Below are positions 1-13,265 of a DNA stretch of 64,000 nucleotides, piece by piece. Each line of letters starts with the position of its first letter. Position 1 is the stretch's first letter. Under the pieces are notes generated by a model. It was not told the DNA's origin. It ran no database searches and saw nothing but the letters and a program-made list of their open reading frames with translations. Origin of the DNA: Eledone cirrhosa (Eukaryota); the NCBI GenBank assembly GCA_964016885.1, contig OZ024743.1, positions 321,656,001 to 321,720,000 on the forward strand, read 5' to 3'. Position numbers and translations under genes: made by a program.

Positions 1-139
1 TTGAAGTGGAGCCACACAGCAACATTGTGTTGAAGTGGAGCCACACAGCAACATTGTGTTGAAGTGGAGCCACATAGCAACATTGTGTTGAAGTGGAGCC
101 ACACAGCAACATTGTGTTGAAGTGGAGCCACACAGCAAC

Positions 140-3100
140 ATTGTGTTGAAGTGGAGTCACACAGCAACATTGTGTTGAAGTGGAGTCACACAGCGACATT
201 GTGTTGAAGTGGAGCCACATAGCAACATTGTGTTGAAGTGGAGGCCACACAGCAACATTGTGCTGAAGTGGAGCTACACAGCAACATTGTGCTGAAGTGG
301 AGTCACACAGCAACGTTGTGTTGAAGTGGAATCACACAGCAATATTGTGTTGACGTGGAGCCACACAGCAACATTGTGTTGAAGTGGAGCCAAACAGCGC
401 AACATTGTGTTGAAGTAGAGCCACATAGCAGCATTGTGTTGAAGTGGAGGCCACACAGCAACATTGTGCTGAAGTGGAGCTACACAGCAACATTGTGCTG
501 AAGTGGACCCACACAGCAATATTGTGTTGAAGTGGAGCCACACATCAACATTGTGTTGAAGTGGAGCCACACGGCAACATTGTGTTGAAGTGGAGCCACA
601 CAGCAACATTGTGTTGAAGTGGAGCCACACAGCAACATTGTGTTGAAGTTGAGCCACACAGCAATATTGTGTTGAAGGGGACCCACACAGCAACATTGTG
701 TTGAAGTGGAGCCACACAGCAACATTGTGTTGAAGTGGAGCCACACAGCAACATTGTGTTGAAGTGGACCCACACAGCAACATCGTGTTGAAGTGGAGAC
801 ACACAGCAACATTGTGTTGAAGGGGAGCCACACAGCAACATTGTGTTGAAGTGGAGCCACACAGCAACATTGTGTTGAAGTGGAGCGTCAAAGCAACATT
901 GTGTTGAAGTGGAGGCCACACAGCAACATTGTGCTGAAGTGGAGCTACTCAGCAACATTGTGCTGAAGTGGAGTCACACCGCAACATTGTGTTGAAGTGG
1001 AGTCACACAGCAATATTGTGTTGACGTGGATCCACACAGCAACATTGTGTTGAAGTGGAGCTACACAGCAACATTGTGCTGGAGTGGAGCTACACAGCAA
1101 CATTGTGCTGAAGTGGAGTCACACAGCAACATTGTGTTGAAGTGGAGCTACACAGCAACATTGTGCTGAAGTGGAGCCACACAGCAACATTGTGTTGAAA
1201 TGGTGCCACACAGCAACATTGTGTTGAAGTGGAGCCACACAGCAACATTGTGTTCAAGTGGAGCCACATAGCAACATTGTGTTGAAGTGGAGCCACACAT
1301 CAACATTGTGTTGAAGTGGAGCCACACAGCAACATTGTGTTGAAGTGGAGCCACACAGCAACATTGTGTTGAAGTGGAGCCACATAGCAACATTGTGTTG
1401 AAGTGGAGACACACAGCAACATTGTGTTGAAGTGGAGTCACACAGCAACATTGTGTTGAAGTGGAGTCACACAGCGACATTGTGTTGAAGTGGAGCCACA
1501 TAGCAACATTGTGTTGAAGTGGAGGCCACACAGCAACATTGTGCTGAAGTGGAGCTACACAGCAACATTGTGCTGAAGTGGAGTCACACAGCAACATTGT
1601 GTTGAAGTGGAGTCACACAGCAATATTGTGTTGACGTGGACCCACACAGCAACATTGTGTTGAAGTGGAGTGACACAGCAACATTGTGCTGGAGTGGATC
1701 TACACAGCAACATTGTGCTGAAGTGGAGTCACACAGCAACATTGTGTTGAAGTGGAGCTACACAGCAACATTGTGCTGAAGTGGAGCCACACAGCAACAT
1801 TGTGTTGAAATGGTGCCACACAGCAACATTGTGTTGAAGTGGAACCACACAGCAACATTGTGTTGAAGTGGAGCCACACAACAACATTGTGTTGAAGTGG
1901 AACGTCACAGCAACATTGTGTTGAAGTGGAGGCCACACAGCAACATTGTGCTGAAGTGGAGCTACACAGCAACATTGTGCTGAAGTGGAGTCACACCGCA
2001 ACATTGTGTTGAAGTGGAGTCACACAGCAATATTGTGTTGACGTGGAGTCACACAGCAACATTGTGTTGAAGTGGAGCTACACAGCAACATTGTGCTGGA
2101 GTGGAGCTACACAGCAACATTGTGCTGAAGTGGAGTCACACAGCAACATTGTGTTGAAGTGGAGCTACACAGCAACATTGTGCTGAAGTGGAGCCACACA
2201 GCAACATTGTGTTGAAATGGTGCCACACAGCAACATTGTGTTGAAGTGGAACCACACAGCAACATTGTGCTGAAGTGGAGCCACACAGCAACATTGTGTT
2301 GAAGTGGAGCCACGAAGCAACATTGTGTTCAAGTGGAGCCACATAGCAACATTGTGTTGAAGTGGAGCCACACATCAACATTGTGTTGAAGTGGAGCCAT
2401 ACAGCAACATTGTGTTGAAGTGGAGCCACACAGCAACATTGTGTTGAAGTGGAGCCACATAGCAACATTGTGTTAAAGTGGAGACACACAGCAACATTGT
2501 GTTGAAGTGGAGTCACACAGCAACATTGTGTTGAAGTGGAGTCACACAGCGACATTGTGTTGAAGTGGAGCCACATAGCAACATTGTGTTGAAGTGGAGG
2601 CCACACAGCAACATTGTGCTGAAGTGAGCTACACAGCAACATTGTGCTGAAGTGGAGTCACACAGCAACGTTGTGTTGAAGTGGAATCACACAGCAATAT
2701 TGTGTTGACGTGGAGCCACACAGCAACATTGTGTTGAAGTGGAGCCAAACAGCGCAACATTGTGTTGAAGTAGAGCCACATAGCAGCATTGTGTTGTAGT
2801 GGAGGCCACACAGCAACATTGTGCTGAAGTGGAGCTACACAGCAACATTGTGCTGAAGTGGACCCACACAGCAATATTGTGTTGAAGTGGAGCCACACAT
2901 CAACATTGTGTTGAAGTGGAGCCACACAGCAACATTGTGTTGAAGTGGAGCCACACAGCAACATTGTGTTGAAGTGGAGCCACACAGCAACATTGTGTTG
3001 AAGTTGAGCCACACAGCAACATTGTGTTGAAGTGGAGCCACACAGCAACATTGTGTTGAAGTGGAGCCACACAGCAACATTGTGTTGAAGTGGAGCCACA

Positions 3101-4206
3101 CAGCAACATTGTGTTGAAGTGGACCCACACAGCAACATCGTGTTGAAGTGGAGACACACAGCAACATTGTGATGAAGGGGAGCCACACAGCAACATTGTG
3201 TTGAAGTGGAGCGTCAAAGCAACATTGTGTTGAAGTGGAGGCCACACAGCAACATTGTGCTGAAGTGGAGCTACACAGCAACATTGTGCTGAAGTGGAGT
3301 CACACCGCAACATTGTGTTGAAGTGGAGTCACACAGATCTATTGTGTTGACGTGGAGCCACACAGCAACATTGTGTTGAAGTGGAGCTACACAGCAACAT
3401 TGTGCTGGAGTGGAGCTACACAGCAACATTGTGCTGAAGTGGAGTCACACAGCAACATTGTGTTGAAGTGGAGCTACACAGCAACATTGTGCTGAAGTGG
3501 AGCCACACAGCAACATTGTGTTGAAATGGTGCCACACAGCAACATTGTGTTGAAGTGGAGCCACACAGCAACATTGTGTTCAAGTGGAGCCACATAGCAA
3601 CATTGTGTTGAAGTGGAGCCACAAATCAACATTGTGTTGAAGTGGAGCCACACAGCAACATTGTGTTGAAGTGGAGCCACACAGCAACATTGTGTTGAAG
3701 TGGAGCCACATAGCAACATTGTGTTGAAGTGGAGACACACAGCAACATTGTGTTGAAGTGGAGTCACACAGCAACATTGTGTTGAAGTGGAGTCACACAG
3801 CGACATTGTGTTGAAGTGGAGCCACATAGCAACATTGTGTTGAAGTGGAGGCCACACAGCAACGTTGTGCTGAAGTGGAGCTACACAGCAACATTGTGCT
3901 GAAGTGGAGTCACACAGCAACATTGTGTTGAAGTGGAGTCACACAGCAATATTGTGTTGACGTGGACCCACACAGCAACATTGTGTTGAAGTGGAGCGAC
4001 ACAGCAACATTGTGCTGGAGTGGAGCTACACAGCAACATTGTGCTGAAGTGGAGTCACACAGCAACATTGTGTTGAAGTGGAGCTACACAGCAACATTGT
4101 GCTGAAGTGGAGCCACACAGCAACATTGTGTTGAAATGGTGCCACACAGCAACATTGTGTTGAAGTGGAACCACACAGCAACATTGTGTTGAAGTGGAGC
4201 CACACA
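140..4206. repeat. Imperfect duplication: ~140-1880 copied at ~2495-4206 (offset 2355, then 2326)
   Basis: ORF pairs 332/2687 (offset 2355) and 1090/3416, 1148/3474 (offset 2326). Shared rare variants caacgttg, ggaatcac, caaacagcgc and gagcgtcaaagc. Several differences, including a one-monomer length change. Confidence 0.85.
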
Positions 4207-5039
4207 GCAACATTGTGTTGAAGGGGAGCCACACAGCAACATTGTGTTGAAGTGGGGCCACACAGCAACATTGTGTTGAAGTGGAGCCACACAGCAACAT
4301 TGTGCTGAAGTGGAGCCACATAGCAACATTGTCCTGAAGTCGAGCCACACAGCAACATTGTGTTGAAGTGGAACCACACAGCAACATTGTGTTGAAGTGG
4401 ACCCACACAGCAATATTGTGTTGAAGTGGAGCCACACAGCAACATTGTGTTGAAGTGGACCTACACAGCAACATTGTGTTGAAGTGGAGCCACACAGCAA
4501 CATTGTGTTGAAGTGGAGTCACACAGCAACATTGTGCTGAAGTGGAGCCACACAGCAACATTGTGTTGAAGTGGAGTCACACAGCAATATTGTGTTCAAG
4601 TGGAGCCACATAGCAACATTGTGTTGAAGTGGAGACACACAGCAACATTGTGTTGAAGTGGAGCCACATAGCACCATTGTGTTGAAGTGGTGCCACATAG
4701 CAACATTGTGTTGAAGTGGAGACACACAGCAACATTGTGTTGAAGTGGAGCCACACAGCAATATTGTGTTGAAGTGGACCCACACAGCAACATTGTGTTG
4801 AAGTGGAGCCACATAGCAACATTGTGTTGAAGTGGTGCCACATAGCAACATTGTGTTGAAGTGGAGACACACAGCAACATTGTGTTGAAGTGGAGCCACA
4901 CAGCAACATTGTGTTGAAGTGATGCCACACAGCAACATTGTGTTGAAGTGGAGCCACACAGCAACATTGTGTTGAAGTGGAGCCACACAGCAACATTGTG
5001 TTGAAGTGGAGTCACACAGCAACATTGTGTTGAAGTGGA

Positions 5040-5430
5040 GCCACACAGCAACATTGTGCTGAAGTGGAGCCACACAGCAATATTGTGTTGAAGTGGACCC
5101 ACACAGCAACATTGTGTTGAAGTGGAGCCAGACATCAACATTGTGTTGAAGTGGAGCCACACAGCAACATTGTGTTGAAGTGGAGCCAAACAGCAACATT
5201 GTGTTGAAGTGGAGCCACACAGCAACATTGTGTTGAAGTGGAGCCACACAGCAACATTGTGCTGAAGTGGAGCCACACAGCAATATTGTGTTGAAGTGGA
5301 CCCACACAGCAACATTGTGTTGAAGTGGAGCCAGACATCAACATTGTGTTGAAGTGGAGCCACACAGCAACATTGTGTTGAAGTGGAGCCAAACAGCAAC
5401 ATTGTGTTGAAGTGGAGCCACACAGCAACA
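5040..5430. repeat. Short tandem duplication of 7 monomers (203 bp)
   Basis: The variant series tgctg / aatatt / ggaccc / cagacatc / ccaaac occurs twice; gacatc lies at 5131 and 5334 (offset 203 = 7x29). Confidence 0.85.
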
Positions 5431-5687
5431 TCGTGTTGAAGTGGAGCCACACAGCAACATTGTGTTGAAGTGGAGCCACACAGCAACATTGTGTTGAAGT
5501 GGACCCACACATCAACATCGTCTTGAAGTGGAGACACACAGCAACATTGTGTTGAAGGGGAGCCACACAGCAACATTGTTTGGAGTGGATCCACACAGCA
5601 ACATTGTGTTGAAGTGGAGCGACACAGCAACATTGTGCTGAAGGGGATCCACACAGCAACATTGTGTTGAAGTGGAGTCACACAGCG

Positions 5688-8600
5688 ACATTGTGTTGAA
5701 GTGGAGCCACATAGCAACATTGTGTTGAAGTGGAGGCCACACAGCAACGTTGTGCTGAAGTGGAGCTACACAGCAACATTGTGCTGAAGTGGAGTCACAC
5801 AACAACATTGTGTTGAAGTGGAGTCACACAGCAATATTGTGTTGACGTGGACCCACACAGCAATATTGTGTTGAAGTGGAGCCACACAGCAACATTGTGT
5901 TGAAGTGGACCTACACAGCAACATTGTGTTGAAGTGGAGCCAAACAGCGCAACATTGTGTAGAAGTAGAGCCACATAGCAGCATTGTCCTGAAGTGGAAC
6001 CACACAGCAACATTAGTGCTGAAGTGGAGCCACATAGCAACATTGTCCTGAAGTGGAGCCACATAGCAACATTGTCCTGAAGTGGAGCTACACAGCAACA
6101 TTGTGCTGAAGTGGCACCACACAGCAACATTGTGTTGAAGTGGAGCCACACAGCAACATTGTGTTGAAAGGGACCCACACAGCAACATTGTGTTGAAGTG
6201 GATCCACACAGCAACATTGTGTTGAAGTGGAGCCACACAGCAACATTGTGCTGAAGTGGAGCTACACAGCAACATTGTGTTGAAGTGGAGCCACACAGCA
6301 ACATTGTGTTCAAGTGGAGCCACATAGCAACATTGTGTTGAAGTGGAGACACACAGCAACATTGTGTTGAAGTGGAGCCACACAGCAACAATGTGTTGAA
6401 GTGGTGCCACATAGCAACATTGTGTTGAAGTGGAGACACACAGCAACATTGTGTTGAAGTGGAGTCTCACAGCAACATTGTGTTGAAGTGGAGCCACACA
6501 GAAAAATTGTGTTGAAGTGGACCCACACAGCAATATTGTGTTGAAGTGGAGCCACACATCAACATTGTGTTGAAGTGGAGCCACACAGCAACATTGTGTT
6601 GAAGTGGAGCCACACAGCAACATTGTGTTGAAGTGGAGCCACACAGCAACATTGTGTTGAAGTGGACCCACACAGCAACATCGTGTTGAAGTGGAGACAC
6701 ACAGCAACATTGTGTTGAAGGGGAGCCACACAGCAACATTGTGTTGAAGTGGAGCCACACAGCAACATTGTGTTGAAGTGGAGCGTCACAGCAACATTGT
6801 GTTGAAGTGGAGGCCACACAGCAACATTGTGCTGAAGTGGAGCTACACAGCAACATTGTGCTGAAGTGGAGTCACACCGCAACATTGTGTTGAAGTGGAG
6901 TCGCACAGCAATATTGTGTTGACGTGGAGCCACACAGCAACATTGTGTTGAAGTGGAGCTACACAGCAACATTGTGCTGAAGTGGCACCACACAGCAACA
7001 TTGTGTTGAAGTGGAGCCACACAGCAACATTGTGTTGAAGGGGACCCACACAGCAACATTGTGTTGAAGTGGATCCACACAGCAACATTGTGTTGAAGTG
7101 GAGCCACACAGCAACATTGTGCTGAAGTGGAGCTACACAGCAACATTGTGTTGAAGTGGAGCCACACAGCAACATTGTGTTCAAGTGGAGCCACATAGCA
7201 ACATTGTGTTGAAGTGGAGACACACAGCAACATTGTGTTGAAGTGGAGCCACACAGCAACAATGTGTTGAAGTGGAGCCACACAGCAACATTGTGTTGAA
7301 GTGGAGCCACATAGCAACATTGTGTTGAAGTGGAGGCCACACAGCAACGTTGTGCTGAAGTGGAGCTACACAGCAACATTGTGCTGAAGTGGAGTCACAC
7401 AACAACATTGTGTTGAAGTGGAGTCACACAGCAATATTGTGTTGACGTGGACCCACACAGCAATATTGTGTTGAAGTGGAGCCACACAGCAACATTGTGT
7501 TGAAGTGGACCTACACAGCAACATTGTGTTGAAGTGGAGCCAAACAGCGCAACATTGTGTAGAAGTAGAGCCACATAGCAGCATTGTCCTGAAGTGGAAC
7601 CACACAGCAACATTAGTGCTGAAGTGGAGCCACATAGCAACATTGTCCTGAAGTGGAGCCACATAGCAACATTGTCCTGAAGTGGAGCTACACAGCAACA
7701 TTGTGCTGAAGTGGCACCACACAGCAACATTGTGTTGAAGTGGAGCCACACAGCAACATTGTGTTGAAAGGGACCCACACAGCAACATTGTGTTGAAGTG
7801 GATCCACACAGCAACATTGTGTTGAAGTGGAGCCACACAGCAACATTGTGCTGAAGTGGAGCTACACAGCAACATTGTGTTGAAGTGGAGCCACACAGCA
7901 ACATTGTGTTCAAGTGGAGCCACATAGCAACATTGTGTTGAAGTGGAGACACACAGCAACATTGTGTTGAAGTGGAGCCACACAGCAACAATGTGTTGAA
8001 GTGGTGCCACATAGCAACATTGTGTTGAAGTGGAGACACACAGCAACATTGTGTTGAAGTGGAGTCTCACAGCAACATTGTGTTGAAGTGGAGCCACACA
8101 GAAAAATTGTGTTGAAGTGGACCCACACAGCAATATTGTGTTGAAGTGGAGCCACACATCAACATTGTGTTGAAGTGGAGCCACACAGCAACATTGTGTT
8201 GAAGTGGAGCCACACAGCAACATTGTGTTGAAGTGGAGCCACACAGCAACATTGTGTTGAAGTGGACCCACACAGCAACATCGTGTTGAAGTGGAGACAC
8301 ACAGCAACATTGTGTTGAAGGGGAGCCACACAGCAACATTGTGTTGAAGTGGAGCCACACAGCAACATTGTGTTGAAGTGGAGCGTCACAGCAACATTGT
8401 GTTGAAGTGGAGGCCACACAGCAACATTGTGCTGAAGTGGAGCTACACAGCAACATTGTGCTGAAGTGGAGTCACACCGCAACATTGTGTTGAAGTGGAG
8501 TCGCACAGCAATATTGTGTTGACGTGGAGCCACACAGCAACATTGTGTTGATGTGGAGCTACACAGCAACATTGTGCTGAAGTGGCACCACACAGCAACA

Positions 8601-8935
8601 TTGTGTTGAAGTGGAGCCACACAGCAACATTGTGTTGAAGGGGACCCACACAGCAACATTGTGTTGAAGTGGATCCACACAGCAACATTGTGTTGAAGTG
8701 GAGCCACACAGCAACATTGTGCTGAAGTGGAGCTACACAGCAACATTGTGTTGAAGTGGAGCCACACAGCAACATTGTGTTCAAGTGGAGCCACATAGCA
8801 ACATTGTGTTGAAGTGGAGACACACAGCAACATTGTGTTGAAGTGGAGCCACACAGCAACAATGTGTTGAAGTGGAGCCACACAGCAACATTGTGTTGAA
8901 GTGGAGCCACATAGCAACATTGTGTTGAAGTGGAG
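5688..8935. repeat. Near-identical tandem duplication, unit 1600 bp (55 monomers + 5 nt)
   Basis: Identical ORFs 5766..6758 / 7366..8358, 5795/7395, 6310/7910 and 6467/8067. One difference noticed (6952 a vs 8552 t). Confidence 0.95.
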
Positions 8936-11900
8936 ACACACAGCAACATTGTGTTGAAGTGGAGTCACACAGCGACAATGTGTTGAAGTGGAGCCACACA
9001 GCAACATTGTGTTGAAGTGGAGCCACATAGCAACATTGTGTTGAAGTGGAGACACACAGCAACATTGTGTTGAAGTGGAATCACACAGCGACATTGTGTT
9101 GAAGTGGAGCCACACACCAACATTGTGCTGAAGTGGCGCCACACAGCAACATTGTGTTGAAATGGACCCACACAGCAACATTGTGTTGAAGGGGACCCAC
9201 ACAGCAACATTGTGTTGAAGTGGAGCCACACAGCAACATTGTGTTGAAGTGGAGCCACACAGCAACATTGTGCTGAAGTGGAGCCACACAGCAACATTTT
9301 GTTGAAGTGGAGCCACACAGCAATATTGTGTTCAAGTGGAGCCACATAGCAACATTGTGTTGAAGTGGAGACACACAGCAACATTGTGTTGAAGTGGAGC
9401 CACATAGCACCATTGTGTTGAAGTGGTGCCACATAGCAACATTGTGTTGAAGTGGAGACACACAGCAACATTGTGTTGAAGTGGAGCCACACAGCAATAT
9501 TGTGTTGAAGTGGACCCACACAGCAACATTGTGTTGAAGTGGAGCCACATAGCAACATTGTGTTGAAGTGGTGCCACATAGCAACATTGTGTTGAAGTGG
9601 AGACACACAGCAACATTGTGTTGAAGTGGAGCCACACAGCAACATTGTGTTGAAGTGATGCCACACAGCAACATTGTGTTGAAGTGGAGCCACACAGCAA
9701 CATTGTGTTGAAGTGGAGCCACACAGCAACATTGTGTTGAAGTGGAGCCACACAGCAATATTGTGTTGAAGTGGACCCACACAGCAACATTGTGTTGAAG
9801 TGGAGCCAGACATCAACATTGTGTTGAAGTGGAGCCACACAGCAACATTGTGTTGAAGTGGAGCCACACAGCAACATTGTGTTGAAGTGGACCCACACAT
9901 CAACATCGTCTTGAAGTGGAGACACACAGCAACATTGTGTTGAAGGGGAGCCACACAGCAACATTGTTTGGAGTGGATCTACACAGCAACATTGTGTTGA
10001 AGTGGAGCGACACAGCAACATTGTGCTGAAGGGGATCCACACAGCAACATTGTGTTGAAGTGGAGTCACACAGCGACATTGTGTTGAAGTGGACCCAGAT
10101 AGCAACATTGTGTTGAAGTGGAGGCCACACAGCAACATTGTGCTGAAGTGGAGCTACACAGCAACATTGTGCTGAAGTGGAGTCACACAACAACATTGTG
10201 TTGAAGTGGAGTCACACAGCAATATTGTGTTGACGTGGACCCACACAGCAACATTGTGTTGAAGTGGAGCTACACAGCAACATTGTGCTGGAGTGGAGCT
10301 ACACAGCAACATTGTGCTGAAGTGCAGTCACACAGCAACATTGTGTAGAAGTGAGGCTACACAGCAACATTGTGTTGAAGTGGAACCTCACAGCAACATT
10401 GTGTTGAATTGGAGCCACACAGCAACATTGTGTTGAAGGGGAGCCACACAGCAACATTGTGTTGAAGTGGGGCCACACAGCAACATTGTGTTGAAGTGGA
10501 GCCACACAGCAACATTGTGCTGAAGTGGAGCCGCATAGCAACACTGTCCTGAAGTCGAGCCACACAGCAACATTGTGTTGAAGTGGAACCACACAGCAAC
10601 ATTGTGTTGAAGTGGACCTACACAGCAACATTGTGTTGAAGTGGAGCCAGACAGCGCAACATTGTGTTGAAGTAGAGCCACATAGCAGCATTGTCCTGAA
10701 GTGGAACCACACAGCAACATTAGTGCTGAAGTGGAGCCACATAGCAACATTGTCCTGAAGTGGAGCCACATAGCAACTTGTCCTGAAGTGGAGCTACACA
10801 GCAACATTGTGCTGAAGTGGAGTCACACAGCAACATTGTATTGAAGTGGTGCCACACACCAACATTGTGCTGAAGTGGAGACACAGCAACATTGTGTTGA
10901 AGTGGAGTCACACAGCGACATTGTGTTGAAGTGGAGCCACACACCAACATTGTGCTGAAGTGGCGCCACACAGCAACATTGTGTTGAAATGGAGCCACAC
11001 AGCAACAGTGTGTTGAAGGGGACCCACACAGCAACATTGTGTTGAAGTGGAGCCACACAGCAACATTGTGTTGAAGTGGAGCCACACAGCAACATTGTGC
11101 TGAAGTGGAGCCACACAGCAACATTGTGTTGAAGTGGAGCCACACAGCAATATTGTGTTCAAGTGGAGCCACATAGCAACATTGTGTTGAAGTGGAGACA
11201 CACAGCAACATTGTGTTGAAGTGGAGCCACATAGCACCATTGTGTTGAAGTGGTGCCACATAGCAACATTGTGTTGAAGTGGAGACACACAGCAACATTG
11301 TGTTGAAGTGGAGCCACACAGCAATATTGTGTTGAAGTGGACCCACACAGCAACATTGTGTTGAAGTGGATCCACACATCAACATTGTGTTGAAGTGGAG
11401 CCACACAGCAATATTGTGTTCAAGTGGAGCCACATAGCAACATTGTGTTGAAGTGGAGAAACACAGCAACATTGTGTTGAAGTGGTGCCACATAGCAACA
11501 TTGTGTTGAAGTGGTGCCACATAGCAACATTGTGTTGAAGTGGAGACACACAGCAACATTGTGTTGAAGTGGAGCCACACAGCAATATTGTGTTGAAGTG
11601 GACCCACACAGCAACATTGTGTTGAAGTGGAGCCACACAGCAACATTGTGTTGAAGTGGAGCCACACAGCAACATTGTGTTGAAGTGGAGCCACACAGCA
11701 ACATTGTGTTGAAGTGGAGCCACACAGCAACATTGTGTTGAAGTGGAGCCACACAGCAATATTGTGTTGAAGTGGACCCACACAGCAACGTTGTGTTGAA
11801 GTGGAGCCAGACATCAACATTGTGTTGAAGTGGAGCCACACAGCAACATTGTGTTGAAGTGGAGCCAAACAGCAACATTGTGTTGAAGTGGAGCCACACA

Positions 11901-13265
11901 GCAACATCGTGTTGAAGTGGAGCCACACAGCAACATTGTGTTGAAGTGGAGCCACACAGCAACATTGTGTTCAAGTGGACCCACACATCAACATCGTCTT
12001 GAAGTGGAGACACACAGCAACATTGTGTTGAAGGGGAGCCACACAGCAACATTGTTTGGAGTGGATCCACACAGCAACATTGTGTTGAAGTGGAGCGACA
12101 CAGCAACATTGTGCTGAAGGGGATCCACACAGCAACATTGTGTTGAAGTGGAGTCACACAGCGACATTGTGTTGAAGTGGAGCCACATAGCAACATTGTG
12201 TTGAAGTGGAGGCCACACAGCAACATTGTGCTGAAGTGGAGCTACACAGCAACATTGTGCTGAAGTGGAGTCACACAGCAACATTGTGTTGAAGTGGAGT
12301 CACACAGCAATATTGTGTTGACGTGGACCCACACAGCAACATTGTGTTGAAGTGGAGCTACACAGCAACATTGTGCTGAAGTGGAGTCACACAGCAACAT
12401 TGTGTTGAAGTGGAGCTACACAGCAACATTGTGCTGAAGTGGAGCCACACAGCAACATTGTGTTGAAGTGGGGCCACACAGCAACATTGTGTTGAAGTGG
12501 AGCCACACAGCAACATTGTGTTGAAGTGGAGCCACACAGCAACATTGTGTTGAAGTGGAGCCACAAAGCAACATTGTGTTGAAGTTGAACCACACAGCAA
12601 CATTGTGCTGAAGTGGAGTCACACAGCAACATTGTGTTGAAGTGGAGCCACACAGCAACATTGTGTCGAAGTGGAGCCACACAGCAACATTGTGTTGAAA
12701 TGGTGCCACACAGCAACATTGTGTTGAAGTGGAGCCACACATCAACATTGTGTTGAAGTGGAGCCACACAGCAACATTGTGTTGAAGTGGAGACACACAG
12801 CAACATTGTGTTGAAGTGGTGTCACATAGCAACATTGTGTTGAAGTGGAGCTACACAACAATATTGTGTTGAAGTGGACCTACACAGCAACATTGTGTTG
12901 AAGTGGAGCCACACATCAACATTGTGTTGAAGTGGAGCCACACAGCAACGTTGTGTTGAAGTGGAGCCACACAGCAACATTGTGTTTAAGTGGAGCCACA
13001 CAGCAACATTGTGTTGAAGTGGAGCCACACAGCAACATTGTGTTGAAGTGGACCTACACAGCAACATTGTGTTCAAGTGGAGCCAAACAGCGCAACATTG
13101 TGTTGAAGTAGAGCCACATAGCAGCATTGTCCTGAAGTGGAACCACACAGCAACATTAGTGCTGAAGTGGAGCCACATAGCAACATTGTCCTGAAGTGGA
13201 GCCACATAGCAACATTGTCCTGAAGTGGAGCTACACAGCAACATTGTGCTGAAGTGGAGTCACAC

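Noticed and set aside
22-58. RSS or Transib-like end: the minus strand reads CACAATG, with variants CACAGTG and CACTATG
   Set aside because: Only a heptamer-like match. At 12- and 23-nt spacing the sequence is TCCACTTCA and ACAATGTTG, not ACAAAAACC. There is no inverted partner end, transposase or V/J segment.
1-174. Nucleosome-length 5-mer (145 bp) or 6-mer (174 bp) higher-order unit
   Set aside because: This is only an arithmetic coincidence. The variant patterns show no consistent 5- or 6-monomer period.
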